A stretch of 64,000 nt of DNA from Octopus sinensis (taxonomy: Eukaryota): positions 54,870,001 to 54,934,000 of the forward strand of contig NC_043005.1 of assembly GCF_006345805.1 (NCBI RefSeq). Direction: 5' to 3'. Made by a program: the position numbers and the translations under genes. The notes under the pieces are model-generated. The model had not been told where the DNA came from. It did not search any database and worked only from the letters and a program-made list of their open reading frames with translations. Below, piece after piece: positions 51,754-64,000 of the stretch. Position 1 is the stretch's first letter. Each line of letters opens with the position of its first letter.

Positions 51754-51971
51754 CGGTTTCAAATTTTGGCACAATGCCAGCAATTTCGAGGGAGGGGCTA
51801 AGTCAATTAAATCAACCCTACTATTCAACTGGTACTTATTTTAGCAGCCCCAAGAGGAGGAAAGGCAAAAACCAACCCTAGCTGAATTTGAATTCAAAAC
51901 ATAAAGACAGACGAAATGCTGCTAAATAGTTAGCCCTGTATGCTCATGATTCTGCCAGCTCCCTGCCCTGA
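51754..51971 (-). mobile_element. SINE family A with 16-bp TSD
   Basis: TSD aaactgtcagttatat at 51738-51753 and 51972-51987. Confidence 0.88.
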
Positions 51972-53079
51972 AAACTGTCAGTTATATTAAATCCAGTTCT
52001 TTTGTTATTTTAGAGATCCCCAACAAAAGGATGAATGTCAATATTGGGATTTGACCTCAGTAAACAGAGGGCAATACCATACTAAATACCATAAAGAATA
52101 TTATTCAACTCTTTAACAATTCTACTAACTTAATAGCAGTTAATATCACCTGCCAAACATCAACAATCTTAAGATAATTATGCTTGTTTGTTTGTGGTGA
52201 CATTTACCTGGGGCAGGTTAATCCAGCTTCAACCAATGAGTTCAGAGTTTCTGTGGGAATACAGGTTCAAATGCGGTACCCAGTCACAGGTGTACACACT
52301 TGAGGATAGTGCAATCCATACCAGCACATCTTGCCATTAATTGTCAACTGTTGGAGAGGATTTGCTGACCAAATCACTGCCAATTATTGGGGCAGACATA
52401 GCCTGGGTTTGAAGTGGGTTCTAGATATATGCTTTAACAAAAGCTAAGAGGTGCTTCACTCCCAGTGGTTTTCCAGTACACCAGACACTAACCCAGAATT
52501 TTTGAGGGCCCATGCTATTGCTTGATAGTCATTGAGCCTACATTAGGTTCATCTGTCCTTTCAATTGATCTTGTTTTTTTCATATGTATATATATGTATG
52601 TATGTATATGTATATGTATGTATTTGTGTGTCTGTGTTGGTCCCATCACCATTGCTTGACAACTGATGTTGATGTATTAACATCTCCGTAACTTAGTGGT
52701 TCTGCAAAAGAAACCAATAGAGTAAGTACAAAGAATAAAGTCTTAGGGTTGATTTCTTCGAATGAAAACCATTTAAGGTAGTACTCCAGCAAGGCTGCAA
52801 CCAAATGACTGAAATAAGTTAAAGAATAAAAGAATAAAAGAATAAAAGAATCGAATGGCTATGATGGTCAATCTGAGAAAAATACGAAACCAAAGGGGTT
52901 GCAAGTTTTAAAAAATAGTTGAGAACATCTCTTCTGTCAACTTTGTCAATTCACTGTAACATAACAAAGTATTTTTATTTTGCTATTGTCAGACTATTGT
53001 CATGTATAATTACATTTTTTTCGGTCTTTCTGATGCAATAAGAAAAATACAAAAAATATACACAAATTTCTCACATCTG

Positions 53080-53114
<35 letters not shown>

Positions 53115-53432
53115 CTTCTTTCTATTTCTCCATTTATATATATCTCCCCCTTTCTCTATTTCTTATATAAGCAAACATACTGAAAGTATTCACTCATGAA
53201 TGGACACAGACAAATAAATTATAGAAACCACATATATAAAAACAAAATTGAACTTCAAAACATAACAATAAAACAAATACATATCATATTATTATTATGT
53301 TCTGAGTTCAAACCAATCTTAGATACTACATATTCAAATTTACTTTTTCTATCCACAAAAACTATTCAAACACTAGGGTCAAACTTTTTCAAAAATGTTC
53401 CATACAGTATTAGTAAGTGTTATTATTATTTC

Positions 53433-53466
<34 letters not shown>

Positions 53467-53554
53467 ATTATTATTATTATTATTATTATTATTTCATATA
53501 TGCACTACAGATTAACTTATTATTATTGTTGTTATTATTATTGTTATTGTTATT

Positions 53555-53882
53555 ATCCTCTTCTTTCAATATTGTTTCCATTTCTTGCTGAGTGTCTTGC
53601 TGACACCTAGGGCAAAGAAACTCACTGTATACATTGGTAGGCCATTAAAATAAAGATACCAGATTGTTCATTCACAAAGTCGTATGACAGAAACAAAGGG
53701 GAAGAAAAACAGAGAGAAAAATAAGAAAATATTGAAAAAAATTAAAATAAAACAAAGAAAATAAAGAGGTGAAAGGAAAGAAAATTCACAGTGACAATGC
53801 TCTTCTCAATATGTGTGATGCACCAATTAAGACAATCTTTTGCACTTCCTGCATGAATGGTAAGCCAGGGATCATTTGCAAA
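53555..53882 (-). mobile_element. 3' end of an R4/Dong-like element within TTA/TAA tracts
   Basis: Minus strand LQMIPGLPFMQEVQKIVLIGASHILRRALSL* (typical RLE-element C-terminus) then a 3'UTR running into (TAA)n. Confidence 0.7.
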
Positions 53883-53904
53883 TAATAATAATAATAATAA
53901 TATT

Positions 53905-54149
53905 AATCCTTATTCAGGGACCTTTTGAGTGGGATGGGCTACTCGACCAGAAGAAAATTCTAACTGGGTCCCACCTGCAAGGTCATGCGTTGTTTGTCTT
54001 GATATGAGATCACCATATTGCGCACATATGGTTGTGATGCATGTGCCTGGTATGCCCTTATCAGACAGGTAGTCATGATGGGTATATACTGGGCTTCAAA
54101 TATTTTACCCCAGTGTCACTTTGATGGCATGCACTGCTCCCTCACTCAA
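53905..54149 (+). mobile_element. (TAA)n-embedded element, downstream part (same family as 7553-7911)
   Basis: Overlap homology with 7553-7592; TAA tracts on both sides. Confidence 0.6.
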
Positions 54150-54166
54150 TAATAATAATAATAATA

Positions 54167-54225
<59 letters not shown>

Positions 54226-54599
54226 CATTATTATTATTATTAGCATTGTTTCATCTCTGAAGAGTGGATAATTGTATCAGCCTGTGTGACATTCCAGGCA
54301 TCAGTGTCTATCAATTCTTCTCCAATGCTTTCATCATCAACATTTAGGCTCTGTTCATTAAAAAGAGTAATTTTCATTAATTTTTTTAATGTCAAAATAG
54401 AAAGAATATGGAAGGTTAACTTTGATTCAACAGACATATAGTCAAAGGCTTTCCAGCCATGACAATCCCATTTTTTCAAGTAATGATCTACATTATTCAA
54501 TGTATATTTTCCATATTTTATTTTAAGACTGTAAGGTTAAGTATGAGGGAAATTTGGCTGGTATTTCTTGCAGATCTAGAAGTAATGATGTACCAATCA

Positions 54600-55200
54600 C
54601 TTCAGCCGAGTAAAACAGGCATTGTAACACAACGTCTACCTTGAAATGTTGTTGTGCTTCCATGAATAAGGAAGTCTTTCTACAGTCATAGCTTTTTCCT
54701 GCAAGCTGCCAGACTTTGGAATTTTCTTCTATCTCATTGTTTCCTGCCTTCTTATGACCTGATCTCTTTCAAGTCTAAAGTAAAGTTATTCTATTATGTC
54801 TGGGGAAAGTCATTTTCATTTTGTGCCTTATAATTTAACACACTCACACCCATAAAATTTCCACCTATTTCTTATTTTTATTTTCCTAAAATTTTCATTG
54901 TGTCTTGCAACCTTTTCAAATGACTATTGAAAAGGTTGCAAGATGTAACAAAAATTTTAGGAAAATAAAAATAAGAAATAGGTGGAAATTTTACCATTGA
55001 GTGTGTTAAGGCACAAAAAGAAAATGACTCTCCCCAGACACAACAGAATATGCTTCAACACACAAACTCACATAAAGAATCTTGCAAACCAAATCCGAAA
55101 GCGAAATGTAAATTTATCCCTTTCATCTTAATTTGTCCTTCTTCATAGCCCATAATGCTAAGTGGCTTCTTGCCTTGTTTGGGACTTTCTAATAAAATAA
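54600..55200 (+). pseudogene. CR1/Jockey-group LINE 3' end, interrupted
   Basis: SFFLQAARLWNFLLSHCFLPSYDLISFKSKV, resuming after the insert as NLSLSS*, then an A-rich tail. Confidence 0.6.
54785..55107. mobile_element. Palindromic insertion (arms 54787-54919 and 54927-55050) carrying U3-A8 hammerhead-like motifs
   Basis: Diverged inverted repeat; putative TSD gtaaa at 54780-54784 and 55108-55112. Confidence 0.7.
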
Positions 55201-55962
55201 AAATTAAAATTGTATGTGATTTATGAAGACCTTGTTGCCTATATCATACCATTAATACTATGTACTGGACCTAGCTCCAGTAAGGGTTAAACTTGTTTAG
55301 TGAGTTTGTAGTTTATGAAGGCTTTGTTGCTCATACACATGGTTTACTTCATTCTGAAAGTAATAAGATTCTGCAATAAGAGAAATGAAAAAAAATATCT
55401 TTCCTTTGGTTTATGAGTGGAAATTGAAAGTTAAGAGTTAGCTTTATGTCTAAAGAAGAAGACTGAAAGTAAAGGAAACTGGAATATTTAAGTTATTTCT
55501 CTTTTATACTGTAATGTTAGTTTACAATTGCTGGAACCACTTGTGTTTGTGAATATCATAAATGGTTACAAGGCGTTCAAAGAATTTTCACATGAGTGTG
55601 CCATATGTGTGGGAAGATCAAGATCAGTGAATGATGTCTGAAACATATAAATGCTTACACAGGGACAAAGACTAGGGATTTGTAAAAGAGGATAATTAGG
55701 AGTTGTGACATTCCAATATTTTTTTTAGAGCATTAAGGTTATAGAAATAAAGCCAAGCAACAGGGATAAAGGACGTTATTTCAACCCAGAATTTGGTTTG
55801 GGTTTCAAACTTTGGTACTTCTTATGAGTTATTTTGTGAACCTTGCAAAGCACATGTAACTATTTTTTTTTTTTACTTATCAATTTTAAAACATTTCCAT
55901 GTTTCCATGCATTACACAGAATTTGATGAGGTAGATTTGCTATGGCTGGATGCCCTTATATA

Positions 55963-57197
55963 CAGGGGTTGGTCAAAATAATGGAAACACCTAGCATCAG
56001 AGCATCATAATTTTGAAATATCTATAAAACTGTCAAAAGCTTATTTATTTTTATGTTTTTTGATTTAGTGTTAGTGTTGCTTAATATGTTTTGCTAAAAT
56101 TGCTGTTTCTTTTCAGATATCCTCAAAAAAAGGTAATTAAGATTCATTAAAATGATAGATCTATTGGATCTTCAAAGAGGTCAAATTGTTGGTGCTCATA
56201 TGGTAGGCACTAACATAATAAAAACAGCCAAAATCCTTGGTGTATCAAAATGTACTGTCTTGAAATTTATGATAGCCTTTGAGAAAGAGGGAAAAACCTC
56301 CTTGTTGAAACAAAACTCCGGAAAAAAACCCAAAACTTTCAGATAGAGACCGTCAGACTCTTACATGAACTGTTAGAAAGGATCACAAAAGTACAGCTCC
56401 CCAAATTGCTGCAGAGCTTAATGACCACCTCGAGAACCCAGTTTCCACAAAAACTGTTTGCCAGGAGCTGCACAAAGCCAGATTTCATGAGAGGGCTACA
56501 ATCATAAAACCACTACTTCCAAAAACAAACGTTGCAAAGTATTTAGAGTGGAGTAAAAACCTACAGAATTGGTCCCTAGAGCAGCAGAAGAATGTTATTT
56601 TCCCGGACAAGTCATCCTTTACCTTATTTCCGACCATTAGCTGAGTATACGTGTGGAGACAGCCAACTGTTGAACATGGAGAAGGCTCTATGATGATCTG
56701 GGGGCTATGTCTTGGAAATCTGCTGGTCCAATAGTTTCTCTTCATGGCAGAATTAATAGTCAAGACTATTTAAGCATCTTATCTGATCAAATTCATCCTA
56801 AGGTTGCAGAACTGTTTCTAGGAGGAAACGCAATCTTTCAGGATGATAATGCACCAATTCACACAGAATAAAGTTGTTACTGAATGCCACAAAGAACATT
56901 CTAATTAAGTTGAACAACTTATCTGGCCACCACAGTTCTCAGATCTCAATATTATTGAACATTTATGGTGCATTTTAGAAAAACAAGTGAGTCAATATGC
57001 TCCACCATCATTACTACAAGAACTGGAAACAGTTTCACCTGAAAAATGGATAAAAATACCTTTGAAAACAATTCGAATTTTGTACGAGTCCCTACCTCAT
57101 AGAATTCAAACTGTAATTACTGCCAAAGGCAGTCCTACCCCATATTAAAATAAATTTGTCTGAAATTTTAAGGTGTTTCCATTATTTTGTCCAACTC

Positions 57198-57200
<3 letters not shown>
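55963..57200 (+). mobile_element. Tc1-family transposon, both TIRs present
   Basis: 30-bp TIRs CAGG(G/A)GTTGG(T/A)CAAAATAATGGAAACACCT with 2 mismatches; TA on both sides. Confidence 0.93.
56152..57148 (+). pseudogene. Tc1 transposase pseudogene
   Basis: MIDLLDLQRGQIVGA..VIFPDKSSF..GEGSMMIWG..IFQDDNAPIH..WPPQFSDLNIIEHLW..AKGSPTPY*; stops, frameshifts and an internal deletion. Confidence 0.9.
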
Positions 57201-57255
<55 letters not shown>

Positions 57256-57694
57256 GTATGACTTATGCATTGAAGAAATTTTCCAGATCATTACATCTAA
57301 GAAAAAAGTGGTTTTTCTTGCCCATGTAGGATTAAATTTACATTTAATAAATTCAAATAAATAAAATTAAATAGACATTATAGACATCTAGTAATTCCAA
57401 ATAAGCATAATTAACTAATAATTTCATATTAATCAAATGGAGGAATACACATTGAAACCCTCACTACCAGCTGATGCATCAAAATAAATAATTTAACAAT
57501 TATATTAAATAAATGAGGAATAGAGAACTTGTTATATTCATAGGGTAAGAAATATACTTATAGGAGGAATAGAGAACTTGTTATATTCATAAGGGTAAAG
57601 AAATATACTTATAGGTATATATATGTACACATATACACACATACACACACACACGTGTGTGTGTACATATTTCTCTTTTACTCTTTTTTTACTC

Positions 57695-57902
57695 TTTTTC
57701 TTGTTTCAGTCATTTGACTGTGGCCATGCTGGAGCACCGCCTTTAATCAAGCAAATCGACCCCGGGACTTATTCTTTTGTAAGCCCAGTACTTATTCTAT
57801 TGGTCACTTTTGCCGAACTGCTAAGTAACGGGGACATAAACACACCAGCATCGGTTGTCAAGCAATGCTAGGGGGACAAAACATACACACAAACACCACA
57901 CA

Positions 57903-57942
<40 letters not shown>

Positions 57943-58040
57943 TATACGACAGGCTTCTTTCAGTTTTCATCTACCAAATCCACTCACAAGGCTTTGGTCG
58001 GCCTGAGGCTATAGTAGAAGACACTTGCCCAAGATGCCAC
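57695..58040 (-). mobile_element. SINE family B
   Basis: Reverse complement of the family B body with a central TA tract. Confidence 0.85.
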
Positions 58041-58169
58041 ACAGATTTGTCAAATAGATGAAAAGTTTACCCCACACCATTTGTAAATAGACTGACTCCT
58101 TACATGTGATACCTAGTGAATGACACCCCCATTAAATATATAAAAATTAATTTTACTAAAAATATATAT

Positions 58170-59070
58170 AACAAGAGCACTCAGCGAGTGCAAACCTCTG
58201 CCAAGGCAACACCAACATCCTTTCAAGGATTAACCAGAGATGATTTTTAAGATGAGAGTATCTGAAATAAACTCGACTGTTCCCACAAATGAGAATACTA
58301 AAAATGAACTCCACCACTCTGAAAATTTAAGTTAAAAAAACGAAAAATAATCTAGAATCCTTGTCCAGGACTTGATCAATTCCAATGGTAGTCATGGAAT
58401 GTAAAGGAGACTGTAGAAAATTTAGTAACAGTAATAAATAGCTTATCCTTATCTAATACAAGCCAAATTAAACAAATTCACCATTCAAAATAGTTTCAAA
58501 GGCAGAGGTAGTAATAAGTTCTACTCAGGAATTTTTAAATGAATAGCATGAGACCTTTTGGTTTTCTCTTCTCTTAAATTCCAGCCTTCCTTTAGTATTC
58601 CTGTTGTTTTAGATCGATGTATAGATGTATGTATATATGTAAGAATACTCTAAAGAGTTAATATGTATGTATGATATGTAATATATATATTATAAAAATA
58701 TATTAGTGTTTGTAAATTTCTGAACGGTTTTGCTGCTGTTTGTTTATGTAGTTTGATTTCTTAATCCATCAGTTTCTGTTAAAATAGAAATGTGAGAAAA
58801 ATTAATAACCGAGAAAGGAAACTTTAGAAACCGCCTAAAGGGAGATAAGTCAATGTAAGATCGTAATCATATAAAGTAAATATAACAAATAATTCGGAAT
58901 CTTTGTCTGGAACTGAATCGATCCCAAAATCTAATCCTTTCGTGCCAGTCATGAGGCCAAACAACCTTGAAAGTTTCAGTCAAATCCATCCAGCGGTTCT
59001 TGAGATGTTTGTCGATGGACGAACAAACAAACAAACACAATACCTCTGCTTTCGCTAAGGTGGAGGTAAT
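58170..59070. mobile_element. Helentron-associated (HINE/DINE-1-like) element with an internal interruption
   Basis: Starts aacaagagcactcag..aacctctgccaaggc; ends (CAAA)n plus hairpin acctctgc-tttcgctaag-gtggaggt-aat; gaatc.ttgtc..ga.c.at motif on both sides of the 58388-58890 insert. Confidence 0.5.
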
Positions 59071-59834
59071 AGTTTAAACTGTCAAAAAATAAGACTAATA
59101 CATCTAAATAAAAAAAATTGTAATAAGAATTGAAATTCTCACAACTGAAAAGTAGAAGTTAAATAAATTCTTGCTGATATATTTTATTTTTATTCCTTTC
59201 AAAAATGAGTAGAGAAAGGAATGGTAACCAGCCTTTATAAAACCGATCTAAACTCTATTAAGAGGAATGGTAGTATGACCCAGTTCCTCAAAACCACAAC
59301 TAGCCATTGTCCACTGTGGTCGTAGTTTAAGCCCAAGCTATTTTTAGAAAGAAATCCAAAAGACACACATGCTGATGCAAACAACCACACAAAGCATGCT
59401 GCTATTTCAATTAGTAAGCAACTGTCCATGCATTAGGATGGGAATGAAATTTTGTCAATTTTTGCCCTGAAGAGATTTTTACCTTTTAAATGCATAATGT
59501 AATCTTAATTGCAAAATATGAATGAAGGTAAGAAATTGAAATATATGTAGGCGATATGAAATTGACTATTATATAAATAAATTGATTTTTTCTGAGTTCA
59601 AACTCTCCTTTTCCTTATATTATATTATTAAAATCCTGTTCTCCTACATCGAATGGATAAAAATATCTATAATGACTATTGGAACTTCATAAGTGTTAAC
59701 ACTAATACTAATTAACGAATTCCGAGTATATTAATTGATATAGAACTAACCCAGTGTACGCTTGGATAAAATACATCCCTGTGAAAGAGCAAACTCTTTC
59801 CATTCATAACTTCATATATATTTATATATATAAA

Positions 59835-60046
59835 TCATCATCATTATTCGACCGTGGTCAAGACAATGGAATTTACCATGCTACGCCAGACTTCACAGTC
59901 CATCATGGCATTACGGAGGTCCTGTTGCTGGATGCCTGTATCCCTGGAGATTACATCAGGGTAGGAGAGTGTGCGCCCTCTGGTATTGCAAGTAGATGGC
60001 TTCCAGAGGAGAAGAGTAGAAATTACTTCTTTTTCAGCTCTACAAC
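59835..60046 (-). mobile_element. 3' end of a third RTE/RTEX-type LINE
   Basis: CCRAEKEVISTLLLWKPSTCNTRGRTLSYPDVISRDTGIQQQDLRNAMMDCEVWRSMVNSIVLTTVE* followed directly by (TGA)n. Confidence 0.75.
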
Positions 60047-60141
60047 ACTTTTACTTTTTACTTTTTACAGACATGTATTTATATATTCCTCGAAAAGGAA
60101 TATATAAATACATGTCTGTAAAAAGTAAAAAGTAAAAGTGT
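60045..60141. repeat. Perfect inverted repeat, 46-bp arms, 5-nt loop
   Basis: 60045-60090 is the exact reverse complement of 60096-60141; loop cgaaa. Confidence 0.95.
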
Positions 60142-61323
60142 CAAAAGGAAGAGTAAGTACAGTTAGGCAGCTTTTTAATCGCTACAAATGTATGTATGTA
60201 TGCATGTATACATGCAATAGGTTTCTTTTAGTTCCTGTCAACCAAATCCACTTACAAGGCTTTGGCCAGCCTAGGGCTGTAATAAAAAACACTTGTTCAA
60301 GATGTCATGCAGAACCTAAAACCCGTCTTACCATATAGCTACACCCTGCAAATGTTGTTCTATATTTTGGGAGGAGGTACAGTTTATGAAGTCAGCTCCA
60401 GTACTCGACTGGTACTTTATGGGTTTTTTTTTCTATTCTCAAAGGATGAACGATAACAATGATCTTCTCAGCAGGATTTGAATGCAGAACAGGAGCCACT
60501 CTACTGATTCCACCAATCTGCACTCCACTTAGTGTTTATAATTGTTTAAAATTATTTTGATAAACTAGATCAACTATCAGCAATGAGTTGACCGAGTGTC
60601 AACTTGGTTCATATACATTGACAGTGTTTCTATCACAATGATGTATAAGAACAGCAGTTAATAACAGAAGTGGTAGCAGAGTGTTAATGAGAGTAGATGA
60701 CCACTAATCCATTCTTCATTGTTGTTTACAAGTGATTATTTCCTTTTTAATTATTGTCCTCCTGTGTTATCCCTTATTCTAATTTCTAACTTTGACACCA
60801 GGTCACACATATTAATGGAGGATATAGTAAATGGAGGATATAGTAAATTTAATCAACTCCAGTACTTTATTTTGTCTATCTCAGAAGGATAAATGGTAGG
60901 ATTTGAATTCAAAATGTAAGTACATTAACTATAGACCATACAGTATTTTGTCCTAACATTTTATCAATTCTACCAATCCAGTACTTTGTTACTGTTTATT
61001 ATCATCATCCTTATCATCATCATCAGCATCATCATCGTCGTCATCATCATTGTTGTCATCATCGTCGTTGTCATCATCATTTTAATGTCCACTTTTCCAT
61101 GCTTGCATGGGTTGAATGGAATTTTATTCAGGGGGATTTTTTATAGCTGGATGCGCTTCCCCTCACCAACCTTCACCTCTTTTCAAGCAAGGTAATATAT
61201 ACCCTTATCTGTATAGGAATGATATATACAGACATGTTTCCATGGAAGACTGGGAAAGAAGGATAGTACTTGCATGTCAGAGACGTTCCTTTTCAACAAT
61301 CACATGATGTCAGGGAAGTTTCT

Positions 61324-61356
<33 letters not shown>

Positions 61357-61526
61357 CTCCCTCTCTCTATCCCCCTCTCTCTCTCTCTCTCTCTCTCTCA
61401 CATACACACACATACATACTTATGTACACAATGGGTTTCTTTTAGATTCCATCTATCAAATCCACTCACAAGACTTTAGTCAAATCAGGGCAATATTAGA
61501 ATAGAATTGCCCAAATAATGTTTGGT

Positions 61527-61860
61527 TCAAGGCACATGAGCATTGGGCTCACAATCATGAGGTAGTGAGTTCGATTCCTGGACCGGGCTGCATGTTGTGT
61601 TCTTGAACAAGGTACTTTATTTCACATTGCTCCAGTTCATTCAGCTGTGGAAATATGAGTTGCAACATCACTGGTGCCAAGCAGTATCAGCCTTTGCCTT
61701 TCCCTTGGATAACACCAGTGGTATGCAAAGGGGAGGCTGGTATGCATGACCCTAGGTTAACTCCCCACTGATATTTAATATAGTTTATCAAAATAATTTT
61801 AAACATGCTCAGACTTTCTAGGTGCAATCCCATGGTCATTCATGACTGAAGGGTGTCCTT
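61527..61860 (+). mobile_element. SINE family D, decayed and interrupted
   Basis: Reverse-complement homology to 31525-31861 (gagttcgattcctggaccgggctg..ctaggtgcaatcccatggtca). Confidence 0.8.
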
Positions 61861-61882
61861 GCCCTTTATTCTAATTACATTT

Positions 61883-62342
61883 AAGGTGATGAGCTGGCAG
61901 AATTATAAGCATGCTGGGCAAAATGCTTAGTGGCATTTCGTCTGTCATTATGTTCTGAGTTCAAATTCTGCTGAGGTCAACTTTAATTTTCACCCTTTCA
62001 GGGCCAATAAAATAAGTACGTGCTGAGCACTGGGAAAGTGTGGTGGGGTCATTGTAATCAATTTACCCCTCTCCCAATGCTGCTGGCTTCGTGCCAAACT
62101 TTTAAATCAATATCCTAATTATATTTAAGGTGGTGAGGTGATAGAATTGTAAGCACACCAAGGTAAAATGCTTAATGGCATTTCATCCATCATTATGCTC
62201 TGAGTTCAAATTCTACCAAGGTCAACTTCACCTTTCATCATTTTGGGATCAATAAAATATATACCAGTTGACTACTGGAGTTGATGCAATCGACTTACCT
62301 CCTCCCCTAAACTGTTGGCCTTGTGCCAAAATTTGAAACCAA
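61883..62342 (+). mobile_element. Two tandem full-length SINE family A copies
   Basis: aaggtg.tgag.tg..agaatt.. starts at 61883 and 62127. Confidence 0.85.
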
Positions 62343-62782
62343 TATTCTAGTTACAATCAGAACAATATTTCTGTCCTCTTTGATAGGTTCTTAAATGGTT
62401 TCAGTTTTCATTCATTTATAGATGTGTTTGTCACAGAATCAACTTATCATGTAGACTTTGTTCTGTGGTGATAAGCATGTACATAACTAATTAAATACAA
62501 TTCATTCCTGTATAAACAATTGGTTTTAAGCTTAGCCTAAATATGTCAACAGTGCATTCACTAAATTAAAACAGACTTTAGCCTGCTACACAATATCTGA
62601 ACTGAACTGGTTCAAACCCATTGCCCTTCTTATTGAAGAATAAATATATCTCCACATGAAAAACAAAATTATTTCCCTTTTTTAAAAGAAGTAATTTACT
62701 TATGTGACTGTTCCTTTAGCATTTCAAGCATTAGTTTCATTCAAGGGATTGGTTAAGCTTTGTTTATGATGAAGGAGAATGA

Positions 62783-63008
62783 CATCATCATCATCGTCAT
62801 CATCATCATCTTTTAATATTTGTTTTCCATGCTGGCTTAGGTTGGATAGTTTGACAAGAGCTGGCCAGCCAGAGAGCTGCACCAGCTTTCAATTGTCTGC
62901 TTTGGCATGGTTTCTATGGCTGGATGCTCTTCCTAATGCCAACCACTTTACAGAGTGTACTGGGTGCTTCTTACATGGAATTGGTATGGGTGCTTTATAT
63001 GTGGCACC
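62783..63008 (-). mobile_element. RTE 3'-tail element (family C)
   Basis: (CAT)n..ttttccatgctggc..gctggatgctcttcctaatgccaaccac. Confidence 0.8.
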
Positions 63009-63867
63009 TCATGACAATTATTTTTTAGTGCAATGAAGGGCATTGAACAAAATGTCTTTCAATATTTGTTCCAGTGCTTCTAGTTCTGAGTTCAAATCCT
63101 GCCCAGCTCAACTTTTCCTTTTGTTTCAGCATGTAGCTTTAGAAAATATAATTTTAAGCCATAGAAAGAAACAGATTTTTCATTTAGTTTTGAAATTAGT
63201 CCAAGACTATTTGAGATTTTAAACCACTTATTGACAGAATATTCCATATTTTGAAATGACATTTGCACACTGATTCTACTGGTAGTAATAAAAAAAATAG
63301 AAAGAGTTAAATTAAAATGATGAAAATAAAAAACACGATTCAATTTTGAAAGTGATATTAAAGTTTGTTTATTTGACTACTGTATCTCTGTCAGTGGAAA
63401 CTAAAAAACAATAGAATTGAACCAAAATGATTTAGTAATAAATCAACAAACTTAAGTAACAAAATCGCAGCATAACACATCAATTTAACGTTTTTGTTTT
63501 CATACTAGTCCAATCCTATTTATAATCTGAAATTAAAATGAGAAGAAGAAAAATATATATTGGGAAGATTTTAAAGTTATTAAGACTTTATGAGATTCAG
63601 GGGGAAAAAAAAAGAAAACTTAAGAAGAGAGTGAGTAATGTAGAACTGTACTAGCCCACTGAGACGATCACATGATTTAAATTCTAAATAAGAACAATTT
63701 CTATGTATTCATATCAAAAATACCTTCCAGAAAGGCATGAATATCACACAATCGTATTTTTGTTTTGAAAGTATCTGCAAATAGCTGTGACAGCAAAAAA
63801 TATCAATAATGTTCTAAAAGTCATTTTTCTATATGATTTCTTCTGAAATTAAGTAATTCTGCTTCTT

Positions 63868-63990
63868 ATTTCTTTATTGCCCACAAGGGGCTAAACATAG
63901 AGGGGACAAACAAGGACAGACAAAGGGATTAAGTCGATTACATCGACCCCAGTGTGTAACTGGTACTTAATTTATCGATCCCGAAAGGAT
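63868..63990 (-). mobile_element. SINE family A 3' fragment (tail type 1)
   Basis: Near-identical to 473-595 (cccacaaggggctaaaca..aaggacagacaaa.ggattaagtcgatta). Confidence 0.85.
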
Positions 63991-64000
63991 TTTTGGCAAA

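Noticed and set aside
57515-57615. 49-bp tandem duplication
   Set aside because: Simple local duplication with no further structure.

Overview
AT-rich, microsatellite-dense eukaryotic non-coding DNA. The repeat repertoire (tRNA-derived SINE families, RTE LINEs with (GAT)n tails, TA/CA microsatellites) looks like an octopus/cephalopod genome; this is an inference from pattern recognition, not from a search. No host protein-coding gene can be firmly called, and most ORFs in the track are microsatellite artefacts. The only long real ORF (32311-34263, -) is a 5'-truncated but uninterrupted RTE-clade reverse transcriptase with a PHD-type zinc finger inside it, nested in a SINE. The window also holds a full-length decayed Tc1 element, a mariner relic split by a solo LTR, Helitron/Helentron-type non-autonomous elements, R4/Dong-like relics in (TAA)n arrays, a Gypsy-like LTR-PBS-gag stub, and Penelope-like RT and GIY-YIG relics. 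The main result is about a dozen type-I hammerhead-ribozyme-like motifs in short elements that are mostly next to (TA)n tracts and often palindromic. They include canonical C3-G8 cores and apparent compensatory G3-C8 and U3-A8 core variants. This suggests a family of non-autonomous Penelope-associated ribozyme elements. All folds were made by eye and are untested.
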